A DNA stretch of 17,602 nt from Archangium sp. Its GTDB lineage: Bacteria > Myxococcota > Myxococcia > Myxococcales > Myxococcaceae. Shown here piece after piece: positions 7,595 through 16,684 of the stretch. Every line of letters begins with the position of its first letter. Position 1 is the stretch's first letter. Below the pieces are notes generated by a model that saw only the letters and a program-made list of their open reading frames with translations, was not told the origin of the DNA and did no database searches. Made by a program: the position numbers and the translations under genes. The DNA lies in assembly GCA_031367385.1 (NCBI GenBank), contig JANLPS010000196.1, positions 1 to 17,602 on the forward strand, in the 5' to 3' direction.

Positions 7595-10129
7595 TTACGT
7601 GAGGTCCGGCAGTCGAGCCGTACCGTTGAGCGCGGCAGCGAAGAGGTCACCCAGCTTGGCGACACGCTTCGGCACCGTCTTGATGGTGAACTTTCGCGGG
7701 TTGAGCGAATTCGACACTTCGTCCCACTCAATGGGCGTCGAGACTGATGCTTCTTCGAGCGCGCGAATCGAATACGGAGCGACCATCGTCTTGAGCCGCC
7801 CGTTCTGCCCAGCGTCGATATAGAGGCGGTCGTGCCGGTTGCGTATCATTCGCTCGACGGTGGCGATCTTCGCGAACTTCTGGGCGAGCACACCCGAGAC
7901 GCCATTGGCGAAGGCGATCGCCTGCTCATGCGTGTGCCCCGGCGCGATCGGCACGAACACGTGAATACCGCGCTTGCCCGAGGTCTTGGGCACGCTGGGC
8001 ATCTTCAGCTCGTCGAGCAGGCCGTGCAGCGCCTTGACCAGAATGATCATCTCCTTCCACCCGTCGTCGACCGGGTCGAAGTCGAAGGCCACCCAGTCTG
8101 GCTGCTCGAGTGACCCTTTGCGGCTCGAGGGCATGTGCAGGGTCAGCGCCGATTGATTGGCGAGCCATGACAGCGTCTCGGGCTTGTCGACGACGAGCTG
8201 CTCGACGGTCTTGTCGTGATGGGTGACCTGCACCCGCGTCACCCACTTCGGCGCAGTCGTTGCGTCGTGCCGAAAGAAGCTGTGCCCCGCAATGCCCTGG
8301 GGAAATTGTTGAAACGAGAGCGGCCGCCCATCGAGCGAGGGCACCATCACCGAGGCGATGGCATCGATGTACTCGCGCACATCGGCCTTGGTGTATTTCA
8401 GCTTGGGGAACATCACCTTCTCGGGGTGAGTGGTCGCGACTTCGCCCGTTTTCGGGTCGAGGTTCACACGGTCAGAGGGGCGCGTGGGTCCTTCGAGTCC
8501 CTCAGGGCGAAAGGGGGTTTCTTTCGCCGTCTCCTCGGGGGCCTTGTCTTCGCGCAGCCCCTGAAACGACGGGTGTCGCAGCTTGCCATCGCGCGTCCAC
8601 TCGCTGAACTTGAGCTGGGCGACATGCCTCGGCGTCACCCACGTGGCGTCGCGCAATCGGGGCGCATCACTCGCCACGCTCTTGGCGGTCGCATCGGCGC
8701 TGAGCACCTCGTGGAGGTACCGGCGCATCTTCTGATCGAAGCCGGTGCCGACCTTGCCCGCGAACTTGGCCTTGGCGCCCTCCATCGTGGCCAACAACAG
8801 CGCACCAATCTCATCGCTCTTCGCTGTGTGCGCAGTGAACCCGATGATCGCCAGCTCGGCCGTGTTCTGCACCTTGAGCTTGAGCCAATCGGTGCTCCGC
8901 GAGCTCGAGTACAGCGAGCCCCGCCGCTTCGCGATGACACCCTCCCAGCGGTTCTTCTTCGCCAACGCCAGCGCCGCGTCGGCCGGCCCGTCGACGCGCT
9001 CCGAGAGCACCAGGGGCTCTTCGGTGTTCGAGAGCAGCGACTCGAGCAGCTCACGGCGCTCCTCGAGGGGCACCTCTCGCAGATCTCGCCCATCGAGCCA
9101 GAGCAGGTCGAACGCGACGAATTGGTGGCTCGAGCTCGACGCCTGAATGTTCTCGAAGCTCGAGACGCCCTTCTCGTCGAGCGCGATGATCTCGCCATCG
9201 ATCACGGCTTCTCCGACGACGACCTGGCTCAGCGCCTTGGTCAGAAATGGAAATCGCTGCATGAAGTCGATGTCATTGCGCGACTTCACCGCGATGGCCT
9301 TGCCGACGATGCCGCACAGCGCCCGGTACCCGTCGTACTTCACCTCGTACACGAACTGATTCTCAGGCGCCGACTTCACCTCAGACAGCGTCGCGAGCAT
9401 CGGAGGAAACACCTTCGCCAGCAGCGCCTCGGGTCGCATGCCGACGAGCCGGCTCTTCTGCAGCCGCTCGGGCGCGCGCGTCACCTTGCGCCCGCTGCGT
9501 ACCGACTCGGGCCGCTCAGCGATCACGTCGTAGTCGGCGCGTTCGGTGCCATCTTTCGCCTTGAAGCACAGCCACTGCGCCTTCGAGCCTTGCGGCCGCG
9601 TGCGCACCAGATGCCAGCCGCCTTTGAGCTTCTCGCCGTTGAACACGACGTGAATGTGGCCCTTCTTGCGCTGCTCGATCATCTTGCCCGGAGGCACGGT
9701 CTCGTAGGTGCCGCGATCCCAAATCAGGGAGTCTCCGGCGCCGTACTGCCCATCGGGAATTCGGCCCTCGAACCCGCCGTACGCGAGCGGGTGATCTTCG
9801 GTCTCGACCGCGAGCCGCTTCACCGACGGGTCGTAGCTCGGCCCCTTCGGGCACGCCCAGCTGGCCAACACGCCCTCGGTCTCGAGCCGAATGTCGTAGT
9901 GCAGCCGGGTCGCGTCATGCTTGTGAATCATGAAGCTGTTGCCCGTGGCGCCGTCGGCGACCACCGAAGAGCGGGGCTCCTTGGTCATCGCGAAGTCGCG
10001 TTTGGCGTCGTACACCGCCAGCTTTTTTCGGGTCGAGGCTTCGGTCACCACGGTGGCCGCCCTCGGAGCAGTGGCCCGACGCTTCGCCGCCGGTTCTCGG
10101 GTTCGCGTCTTTGGAGCTCGTCGCGCCAT
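7595..10129 (-). CDS. ligD: DNA ligase D with phosphoesterase, ATP-dependent ligase and polymerase domains (PE-LIG-POL)
   Basis: PE domain: HDATRLHYDIRLE, KGPS, RLAVETEDHP, YGAG. LIG domain: EVKYDGYR, IDGEI, AFDLL, EGVIAKR, WLKLK, GKVGTGF, LRHPSF. POL domain: FDFDP, KTSGKRGIHV, LYIDAGQN, APYSIRA. Likely start is ATG 10129; the ORF track uses 10177. Confidence 0.97.
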   Translation of the reverse strand: MARRAPKTRTREPAAKRRATAPRAATVVTEASTRKKLAVYDAKRDFAMTKEPRSSVVADGATGNSFMIHKHDATRLHYDIRLETEGVLASWACPKGPSYDPSVKRLAVETEDHPLAYGGFEGRIPDGQYGAGDSLIWDRGTYETVPPGKMIEQRKKGHIHVVFNGEKLKGGWHLVRTRPQGSKAQWLCFKAKDGTERADYDVIAERPESVRSGRKVTRAPERLQKSRLVGMRPEALLAKVFPPMLATLSEVKSAPENQFVYEVKYDGYRALCGIVGKAIAVKSRNDIDFMQRFPFLTKALSQVVVGEAVIDGEIIALDEKGVSSFENIQASSSSHQFVAFDLLWLDGRDLREVPLEERRELLESLLSNTEEPLVLSERVDGPADAALALAKKNRWEGVIAKRRGSLYSSSRSTDWLKLKVQNTAELAIIGFTAHTAKSDEIGALLLATMEGAKAKFAGKVGTGFDQKMRRYLHEVLSADATAKSVASDAPRLRDATWVTPRHVAQLKFSEWTRDGKLRHPSFQGLREDKAPEETAKETPFRPEGLEGPTRPSDRVNLDPKTGEVATTHPEKVMFPKLKYTKADVREYIDAIASVMVPSLDGRPLSFQQFPQGIAGHSFFRHDATTAPKWVTRVQVTHHDKTVEQLVVDKPETLSWLANQSALTLHMPSSRKGSLEQPDWVAFDFDPVDDGWKEMIILVKALHGLLDELKMPSVPKTSGKRGIHVFVPIAPGHTHEQAIAFANGVSGVLAQKFAKIATVERMIRNRHDRLYIDAGQNGRLKTMVAPYSIRALEEASVSTPIEWDEVSNSLNPRKFTIKTVPKRVAKLGDLFAAALNGTARLPDLT

Positions 10130-10290
10130 GCCCCGCAGCGCTCGCAACAATCGTGCACACGCCAGGGCCTCGCGCACTCACTGGGGCAGTCATGCGGTAA
10201 ACCATGCCGCCACGCACTTTCGCCACAGGCGCCACCGCTGATCAGTGCGCACCCCTCGGCACCCCGCTTGCTCAGTGTGGAGAGGCCCTC

Positions 10291-12978
10291 ATGCCCTCGT
10301 CACCGCCACCACCACCGAAGAAGCACCTGCACCCAGGCCTGGTGGCCTCGTACCGTCTTCAAATGACGGCCGATTTCGGCTTCGACGACGCGGCCAAAGT
10401 CCTCCCCTACCTGGCCACGTTGGGCATCTCGCACGTGTACCTCTCGCCGATTCTGCAAGCCGCCGCGGGCAGTGCGCACGGCTACGACATCGTCGATCAC
10501 AACCGCCTCAGCGAGGAGCTCGGGGGCGAGGCGGCCTACGCGCGCTTCTGCCACGCGGCCACGGCCCTCGGCCTCAAACAGATCATCGACATCGTGCCGA
10601 ACCACATGTCGATTCACGACCAACGCAACGCCTGGTGGTGGGACCTGCTGGAGGACGGGCCGGGCTCCCGCTTCGCCTCGTACTTCGACGTCGACTGGGA
10701 CCCGCCCGAGGCCAAGAACCGCAACGTGCTGCTGGTGCCAATCTTGGGAGATCACCGCGGCAAGGTTCTCGAAAAGCGCGAGATTCGGCTCGTACGCAAC
10801 GGCGGTCGCTTCGTCTTTCGCTACCACGAGCACGCCGTGCCGGTGGCCTTTCACACCATCGGGCAGCTGCTCAACAAGACCGCCGAGAGCGAGCCGCTCG
10901 AGCACGAGGTCGAGACCAAGCTCAAGTTCTTCGCCGACGCGTACGTGACGCTGCCCGCGCCGTCGGTGAAAGACGCGGTGCGCCGCAACCAGCACAAGAT
11001 CGTGCTGATCGAATTGGTCAGCGCCTTCTTCGATCAGCAGCCTGGGGCTGGAGCGGCAGTCGACCGCACCCTCGCCAAGCTCAGCGACGACCCCGCCGCG
11101 CTCGACGACTTCTTGAACCTGCAGAACCACCGCCTCGCGTATTGGAAGACCGGCGATCGCGAGCTCGACTACCGCCGCTTCTTCGACGTGAACAGCCTGG
11201 TCGGCCTGCGGGTCGAAGAAGAAGACGTGTTTCGAGACACCCACCGCACCATCGAGCGCCTGGTGCGCAGCGGCTGCGTCGATGGGCTGCGCGTCGACCA
11301 CATCGACGGCCTGGCCGACCCGCAGCGATACCTCGAGCGACTGCGCGCCCTCGCCCCCAAGGCCTGGGTGGTGGTCGAGAAGATTCTCGCGCGCGATGAG
11401 GCCTTGCGCGCCTCGTGGCCGGTGCATGGCACCACCGGGTATGACTTTCTGAACGAGGTGATGGGCGTCTTCGTCGACCAGAGCGCCGAGGGTGAGCTGA
11501 CGAATCTCTTCGCCGAGCTGACGGGCGAGAAACGCAACTTCTTCGAGGTCTCGCTCGACAAGCGCGACGCGGTGCTCAAAGAGGGCCTCGCCGCCGACGT
11601 CGACCGGTTGAACCAGCTGCTCAGCGAGTCGTGCGCCTCGACGCGCATGTACCGCGACTACACCCGCTTCGACCTGCGCCAGGCCCTGCGCGCGTTCATC
11701 GCCGCCTTCCCCGTGTACCGCTCGTATGTGCACTCGAGCGCGCACGAAGACGACGTGGCCTGGGCGACCACCGCCGCGCGAATCGCCACACAGCGCCGCC
11801 CCGACCTCGACCCCGAGCTCTTCACCCTCATTTCCAACTGCCTGTTGCGCAGACCCGAAGGCCCAGCGGTGCCCTCGTTCAGCCAGCGCCTGCAGCAGCT
11901 CACCAGCCCCGCGATGGCCAAGGGCGTCGAAGACACGGCATTCTACGCGTGGTCGCGCTTCATCGCCCTCAACGAGGTCGGCGGGAACCCCGACGCGTTC
12001 GGCACCTCGGTGATTCGCTTTCACGAGCACAACCGCGAGGCGCAGGCTGAGACCCCGTCGCGAATGATCGCCACCGCGACCCACGACACCAAGCGAGGCG
12101 AAGACGTTCGGGCCCGCCTGGTGGCCATCAGCGAAGACCCCGTCGGGTGGAGAGCCGCGGTGACCGCTTTCAGGTCTCACAACGCGCCGAAGAAGAAGAA
12201 CGACGCGCCTGACGCAGACAGTGAATATCTTTTCTATCAGACCCTCGTCGGCGCTTGGCCCGTCGACGAGCCCCGCGCGCAGGCGTTCATGCGCAAGGCG
12301 ATTCGCGAGAGCAAAGCCCGCACCAGTTGGACGACGCCCAACGAGGCCTATGAAAAGGCAGTCGAGGCCTTCGTCGGTGACTGCTACGCCGACGCTGATT
12401 TTCTGAGTCTGGTCGAGCGCTTCACCAACTCGATTCGGCTCGCGGGCGAGACCAACTCGTTGGCCCAGACCCTGCTCAAGCTGACCTCGCCTGGCGTGCC
12501 CGACTTGTACCAAGGCACCGAGCTGTGGAGCTTCGACCTCGTCGACCCCGACAACCGCCGCCCCGTCGACTGGCCTTTGCGCGCCCAAATGCTCGACGAG
12601 GTGAAGCACGCCACCCTCGCCCAGGTGATGAAGCACCGCGGCGAAGGCATGCCCAAGCTGATGCTGATTCACAGGGCGCTCGAGCTTCGCCGCCGCCACA
12701 AGGCCGCGTTCGAAGGCGAGTACGAGCCCATCTCGGCGCAGGGCCGCGACGCCAGCAAGGTCATCGCGTTTCACCGTGGCGGTGAAGTGGTCGTGGCGGT
12801 CCCTCGGCTGACCCAGGGCCGGCCCGACAAGCTCTCGGGCGTGACGCTCCAGTTGCCGCGCGGCAAGTGGGTGAACGTGCTGACCGGTGAGCACCTGTCT
12901 GGGCACTCCGTCACTGCGGGCGAGCTGTTCGCGCGCTTCCCCGTCGGGCTGCTCGAGCGAATCAAGGACGCACCGTGA
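10291..12978 (+). CDS. treY: Malto-oligosyltrehalose synthase (GH13_26)
   Basis: ASYRLQ, YLSPI, HGYDIVDH, DIVPNHM, YRRFFDVNSL, GLRVDHIDGL, VEKIL, FPVYRSY, AKGVEDTAFY, TATHDTKRGEDVRAR and PGVPDLYQGTE. GGAGAGG RBS just before ATG 10291. Confidence 0.96.
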   Translation: MPSSPPPPPKKHLHPGLVASYRLQMTADFGFDDAAKVLPYLATLGISHVYLSPILQAAAGSAHGYDIVDHNRLSEELGGEAAYARFCHAATALGLKQIIDIVPNHMSIHDQRNAWWWDLLEDGPGSRFASYFDVDWDPPEAKNRNVLLVPILGDHRGKVLEKREIRLVRNGGRFVFRYHEHAVPVAFHTIGQLLNKTAESEPLEHEVETKLKFFADAYVTLPAPSVKDAVRRNQHKIVLIELVSAFFDQQPGAGAAVDRTLAKLSDDPAALDDFLNLQNHRLAYWKTGDRELDYRRFFDVNSLVGLRVEEEDVFRDTHRTIERLVRSGCVDGLRVDHIDGLADPQRYLERLRALAPKAWVVVEKILARDEALRASWPVHGTTGYDFLNEVMGVFVDQSAEGELTNLFAELTGEKRNFFEVSLDKRDAVLKEGLAADVDRLNQLLSESCASTRMYRDYTRFDLRQALRAFIAAFPVYRSYVHSSAHEDDVAWATTAARIATQRRPDLDPELFTLISNCLLRRPEGPAVPSFSQRLQQLTSPAMAKGVEDTAFYAWSRFIALNEVGGNPDAFGTSVIRFHEHNREAQAETPSRMIATATHDTKRGEDVRARLVAISEDPVGWRAAVTAFRSHNAPKKKNDAPDADSEYLFYQTLVGAWPVDEPRAQAFMRKAIRESKARTSWTTPNEAYEKAVEAFVGDCYADADFLSLVERFTNSIRLAGETNSLAQTLLKLTSPGVPDLYQGTELWSFDLVDPDNRRPVDWPLRAQMLDEVKHATLAQVMKHRGEGMPKLMLIHRALELRRRHKAAFEGEYEPISAQGRDASKVIAFHRGGEVVVAVPRLTQGRPDKLSGVTLQLPRGKWVNVLTGEHLSGHSVTAGELFARFPVGLLERIKDAP

Positions 12979-14714
12979 ACCGGCTTTGGGTCTGGGCGCC
13001 GAGAGCGCGGGCAGTCGACGCCGTCATCGATGGGCACCGGGTGCCCCTGGAGCGAGGCGACGGTGGCCACTTCGCGATCGCGACCGAGCTGCGCCCTGGT
13101 ACCCGCTACGGGTTCTCGCTCGACGGAGGCCCGGTGCGGCCCGACCCCCGCTCCCGCTCGCAGCCCGACGGCGTGCATGGGCTCTCTGAGGTGATCGACC
13201 TCTCGCACTTCAAGTGGACGGACGAGGCCTTCATCTCGCGGCCCCTCGCTTCGGCGATCGTCTACGAGCTGCACATCGGCACCTTCACCACCGAGGGCAC
13301 CTTCGACGCGGCGATCGCTCGGTTGCCGCATGTGGTCGAGCTCGGTGTCACCCATGTCTCGGTGATGCCGGTGTCTGAATTTTCTGGCGATCGCGGGTGG
13401 GGGTACGACGCGGTCGACCTGTTCGCCGTGCACCGCAGCTACGGAGGCGCAGAGGCCCTCTGCCGCTTCGTCGACGCCTGCCACCGCGCTGGGCTCTGCG
13501 TCATCATCGACGTCGTCTACAATCACCTCGGCCCCTCGGGAAATTACCTCAGTGAGTTCGGGCCCTACTTCACCTCGAGCCACAAGACGCTCTGGGGCGA
13601 CGGCGTGAACTTCGACGAGGGCGGCAGCGATGGCGTTCGACGATATTTTCTCGACAACGCGCGCATGTGGCTCGAGACGTTTCACTTCGACGGCCTTCGG
13701 CTCGACGCGATCGACGCGATCTCGAACACCTCGGCACTGCCCTTTCTCGAGGAGCTGAGCAAGCAGACCGCGGGCCTCGGCTCACGGCTGCGCAAGCACC
13801 TGGTGCTGATCGCCGAGAGCGACTTGAACGACCCCAGGGTCACCCGCAGCCGCGATGCCTTTGGGTTCGGCCTCGACGCCCAATGGAGCGACGACTTTCA
13901 CCACGCCCTCCACGCCTGGCTCACCGGCGAGCGCATCGGGTACTACGCCGACTTCGACGGCGTGTGGGCTCTGGCTCGGTCACTCGAGCAGGGCTACGTC
14001 TACACCGGGCAGTACTCGATGATGCGCCAGCACCGGCATGGGCGCCCCTTCGCCAGCATGAACGGGCACAAGTTATTGGGCTTCGTACAGTGCCATGATC
14101 AGGTCGGCAACCGCGCGCAGGGCGAGCGCATGGCGATGCTGGTGGGGCTCGAGCGCATGAAGGTGGGGTTGATGTTGGTGCTGACCGCTCCGTTCATACC
14201 GATGCTGTACTCGGGCGATGAATGGGCGTCGGTGAGCCCGTTTCAGTACTTCACCCACCATGACGAACCCGAGCTGGCCGAGGCCGTGCGGGTGGGCCGC
14301 AGAAACCAATTCGCCGCCTTCGGGTGGAAGCCTGAAGACGTGCCCGACCCGCAGGCGCAAGAGACCTTCGAGCGCAGCCGCTTGAATTGGGGCGAGCTCG
14401 AGAAGCCCGAGCACCGCGCGGTGTATGGGTACGTGCGTGCGTTGATCGCTCTGCGCGCGAAGTGGGCCGACCTGCGCGATGGGCATCTGGAGCAGGTGAA
14501 GTGCGCGTTCGACAAAGAGAAGGCCTGGCTCGTCATCGAACGCAACAGCGCGATGGTGGTGGCCAACCTGGGGCCGGCGCAGAAGATCCCGCTCCCGACA
14601 AAGGGAGAACGCGTGGTCATCGCCTCAGGCGAGGGCATCGAGCTGCTCGGCAAAGAGATTCAGATGCCCGAGAACACCTCGTGTGTCATCGAGCGTGACG
14701 CGCACGCGTGGTAG
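12975..14714 (+). CDS. treZ: Malto-oligosyltrehalose trehalohydrolase (GH13_10)
   Basis: VWAP, PDPRSRSQPDGVHG, IYELHIGTFT-like (IVYELHIGTFT), WGYD, DVVYNHLGPSGNYL, GLRLDA, AESDLN, QWSDDFHHALH and HDQVGNR. The GTG start overlaps the treY TGA stop (GTGA). Confidence 0.95.
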   Translation: MNRLWVWAPRARAVDAVIDGHRVPLERGDGGHFAIATELRPGTRYGFSLDGGPVRPDPRSRSQPDGVHGLSEVIDLSHFKWTDEAFISRPLASAIVYELHIGTFTTEGTFDAAIARLPHVVELGVTHVSVMPVSEFSGDRGWGYDAVDLFAVHRSYGGAEALCRFVDACHRAGLCVIIDVVYNHLGPSGNYLSEFGPYFTSSHKTLWGDGVNFDEGGSDGVRRYFLDNARMWLETFHFDGLRLDAIDAISNTSALPFLEELSKQTAGLGSRLRKHLVLIAESDLNDPRVTRSRDAFGFGLDAQWSDDFHHALHAWLTGERIGYYADFDGVWALARSLEQGYVYTGQYSMMRQHRHGRPFASMNGHKLLGFVQCHDQVGNRAQGERMAMLVGLERMKVGLMLVLTAPFIPMLYSGDEWASVSPFQYFTHHDEPELAEAVRVGRRNQFAAFGWKPEDVPDPQAQETFERSRLNWGELEKPEHRAVYGYVRALIALRAKWADLRDGHLEQVKCAFDKEKAWLVIERNSAMVVANLGPAQKIPLPTKGERVVIASGEGIELLGKEIQMPENTSCVIERDAHAW

Positions 14715-14722
14715 CCCGAACC

Positions 14723-16642
14723 TCACTCCGGGTCGCAGACCCCTGAGCAGAACCGCTGCAGCACTCCCTCATCGAAGAGCTTCGCGGTCTGTCGATACGT
14801 CGCGCCAAGCGTACGCACGGTGTCATGCATGGAGTTCGTGGCCGTCGAGAACGCCGCGTCTCGGTACACCGCGTCGGCATCGATGCCAAAGTCGTACACC
14901 TCGAGCGCGCCCGAGGCTCCATCAGTCATCGGCTCGAGGCCCCAGACCGCTTTGGGTGCAGGCACGAACACCTTCAACCCCAGCGACCGCGCCAGCAAGA
15001 AGCTGCCGAAGTTGGGCACCTCGAGATCAGCCAGGCCAACCTGCAGCACCACCTTTCTCGGCGGAGCGCCAGGCAACGGCTCGCGCAGCAGGTACCGCGC
15101 ATACGTATTCGGGTCGACGCGGTCGATCTGCCGCTGCAAGCTCGCCACGAATTTCTGCTCGTCGAGCGGGTCGGTCAGGTCCTGCTCCAACAAATCGAGA
15201 AATCGTTTGAAGGGCTGCGAGCGAAACATCAGCGCGCTGTAGTCTGACCCACCGACCTCGAACGAGATGCGTTTGATGCTCGGGTTGACCGCCATCATGC
15301 CCACGCCGAGCATCGTGCCCTGGCTGATGCCCAGGTAGAGGCTCGCGTCAGCCTGGAGGTACGGCCCCGCGCCGCCTGGCCGTTGAAACGCGTCGAGCGA
15401 AGGCAGCACATGCTCGACGGCATATGAGAGCACCGCCCAGTTCGCGAAGCCTTGGTGAACGCGCTCGGTGAACGCCGCGGTGTTCGACGGGTGGCCGACC
15501 AGCGCCTCTGCGAGCCCGGCGACATCGGGAGTCGACATGCCCCACCACTCCGCGGCAATCATCGTGCGGCCGAGCTTTTGTGCGAAGGCCCGCGCCGAGC
15601 CGCCGGTGATCTCGCCGAAGTTGCCGAAGAAGCCGTGCCCATACAAGAACGTGCCAGCCACGCCGGTCGTATCGCGCACCGCGCTCGGCACCACCGCGAT
15701 GAACGCAAACGTGGTTGTCCCGTTCTGTGCCACGAGCCCATCGCTGCCGCGATTCAAGCGAGCGCCGGGGCCCGCGATGTTGGTGAATAGCGGAGTGGAC
15801 ACCGTTCCCCGCACCACCCGCCACACGTTGTCGTACGGGTTCTCCTCGACCGACGTCACGGTGACCTCGGGCAGGTGTGTCTCGAGCCAGCTCTGCGTCA
15901 ACGCCCGTACGCGCAGCATGTCGCCGGCCGCGTTCTGTTGAGACCCGGTTGAGAACTCCCACGCCAGCTGCAGCGTCGACACGTCGAGGTTGAGCTGTTT
16001 CGCCAACGGCTTGAGGCGTTCACCCCACCCCGTCACCTGCGCTTTCAACGCGGGGTCAGTGCCAGCGAGCCCGTCGCGAACCCGCCGAAACCCCTCTGGC
16101 GTCGGAGCCAAAGCGCCACCCGACTTCACACCGAACACGAACACGCTGTACCGGGTCTGATCGGCCAGCGGCACCAGCACGTGAAGAATCATCGCGCGGC
16201 GCTTCACGTCAGTCGCCCGCGGGTCGAGATCAACGAAGTGCGCTACCGGAGTACCACTCGGGTCGACGATCAGCGTGTGGCTGGTCGAAGCCGAGAGACT
16301 CAATGCCGGGTCGTCGGCCAACTTCACGAAGCCTTCGTCGGTGACGTCGACGGGCAGGTAGGTGACGATCGGGTTGACCGTCGAAAACCCATCAGCCGCG
16401 AAGGTTTGATGAGGGTCGGCCACTCCGCCGGAGTTGGTCTTCACCTTGGCCGCCGCGGGCACCACGATGCGGTACCCGGTCACCTGCGTTGCGTCTTCGG
16501 CCCGAAAAAAATCGGAGGGGTACGGCAGAAAACAGTCAGCGCCACCGAGCAAGGGCTGGCACCCCTCGGGCAACGCGAGCGGCGCGAGGGGTGGCGTACA
16601 GCACACCAAAAGAGTCGTAGCGAGCACGAGGCGCAAAGACAT
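14723..16642 (-). CDS. Secreted/lipoprotein alpha/beta-hydrolase (lipase/esterase-like) with N-terminal beta-rich domain
   Basis: MSLRLVLATTLLVCC signal, GC-x-PL...C-x-LPYPSDFF N-terminal motif, YGHGFFG oxyanion-like motif and YLGISQG nucleophile elbow (GxSxG). Candidate catalytic Asp in GLADLEVPN and His in SMHDTVR. Alternative start at 16669. Confidence 0.7.
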   Translation of the reverse strand: MSLRLVLATTLLVCCTPPLAPLALPEGCQPLLGGADCFLPYPSDFFRAEDATQVTGYRIVVPAAAKVKTNSGGVADPHQTFAADGFSTVNPIVTYLPVDVTDEGFVKLADDPALSLSASTSHTLIVDPSGTPVAHFVDLDPRATDVKRRAMILHVLVPLADQTRYSVFVFGVKSGGALAPTPEGFRRVRDGLAGTDPALKAQVTGWGERLKPLAKQLNLDVSTLQLAWEFSTGSQQNAAGDMLRVRALTQSWLETHLPEVTVTSVEENPYDNVWRVVRGTVSTPLFTNIAGPGARLNRGSDGLVAQNGTTTFAFIAVVPSAVRDTTGVAGTFLYGHGFFGNFGEITGGSARAFAQKLGRTMIAAEWWGMSTPDVAGLAEALVGHPSNTAAFTERVHQGFANWAVLSYAVEHVLPSLDAFQRPGGAGPYLQADASLYLGISQGTMLGVGMMAVNPSIKRISFEVGGSDYSALMFRSQPFKRFLDLLEQDLTDPLDEQKFVASLQRQIDRVDPNTYARYLLREPLPGAPPRKVVLQVGLADLEVPNFGSFLLARSLGLKVFVPAPKAVWGLEPMTDGASGALEVYDFGIDADAVYRDAAFSTATNSMHDTVRTLGATYRQTAKLFDEGVLQRFCSGVCDPE

Positions 16643-16684
16643 GGGCCCGGCTTCTGTGACGAAAGCCAACCCCAGCGCAAGGCT

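Noticed and set aside
7579..7731. N-terminal extension of Ku in the ORF track (start 7731)
   Set aside because: It overlaps the ligD 3' end. The conserved Ku start MARAMWKG at 7578 has its own RBS.
8216..10366. 716-aa plus-strand ORF antisense to ligD
   Set aside because: Shadow ORF produced by GC3-biased codon usage of ligD; Arg/Gly/His-rich with no recognisable motifs.
10300..12906. 868-aa minus-strand ORF antisense to treY
   Set aside because: Antisense shadow of a well-supported GH13 gene; no domain signal.
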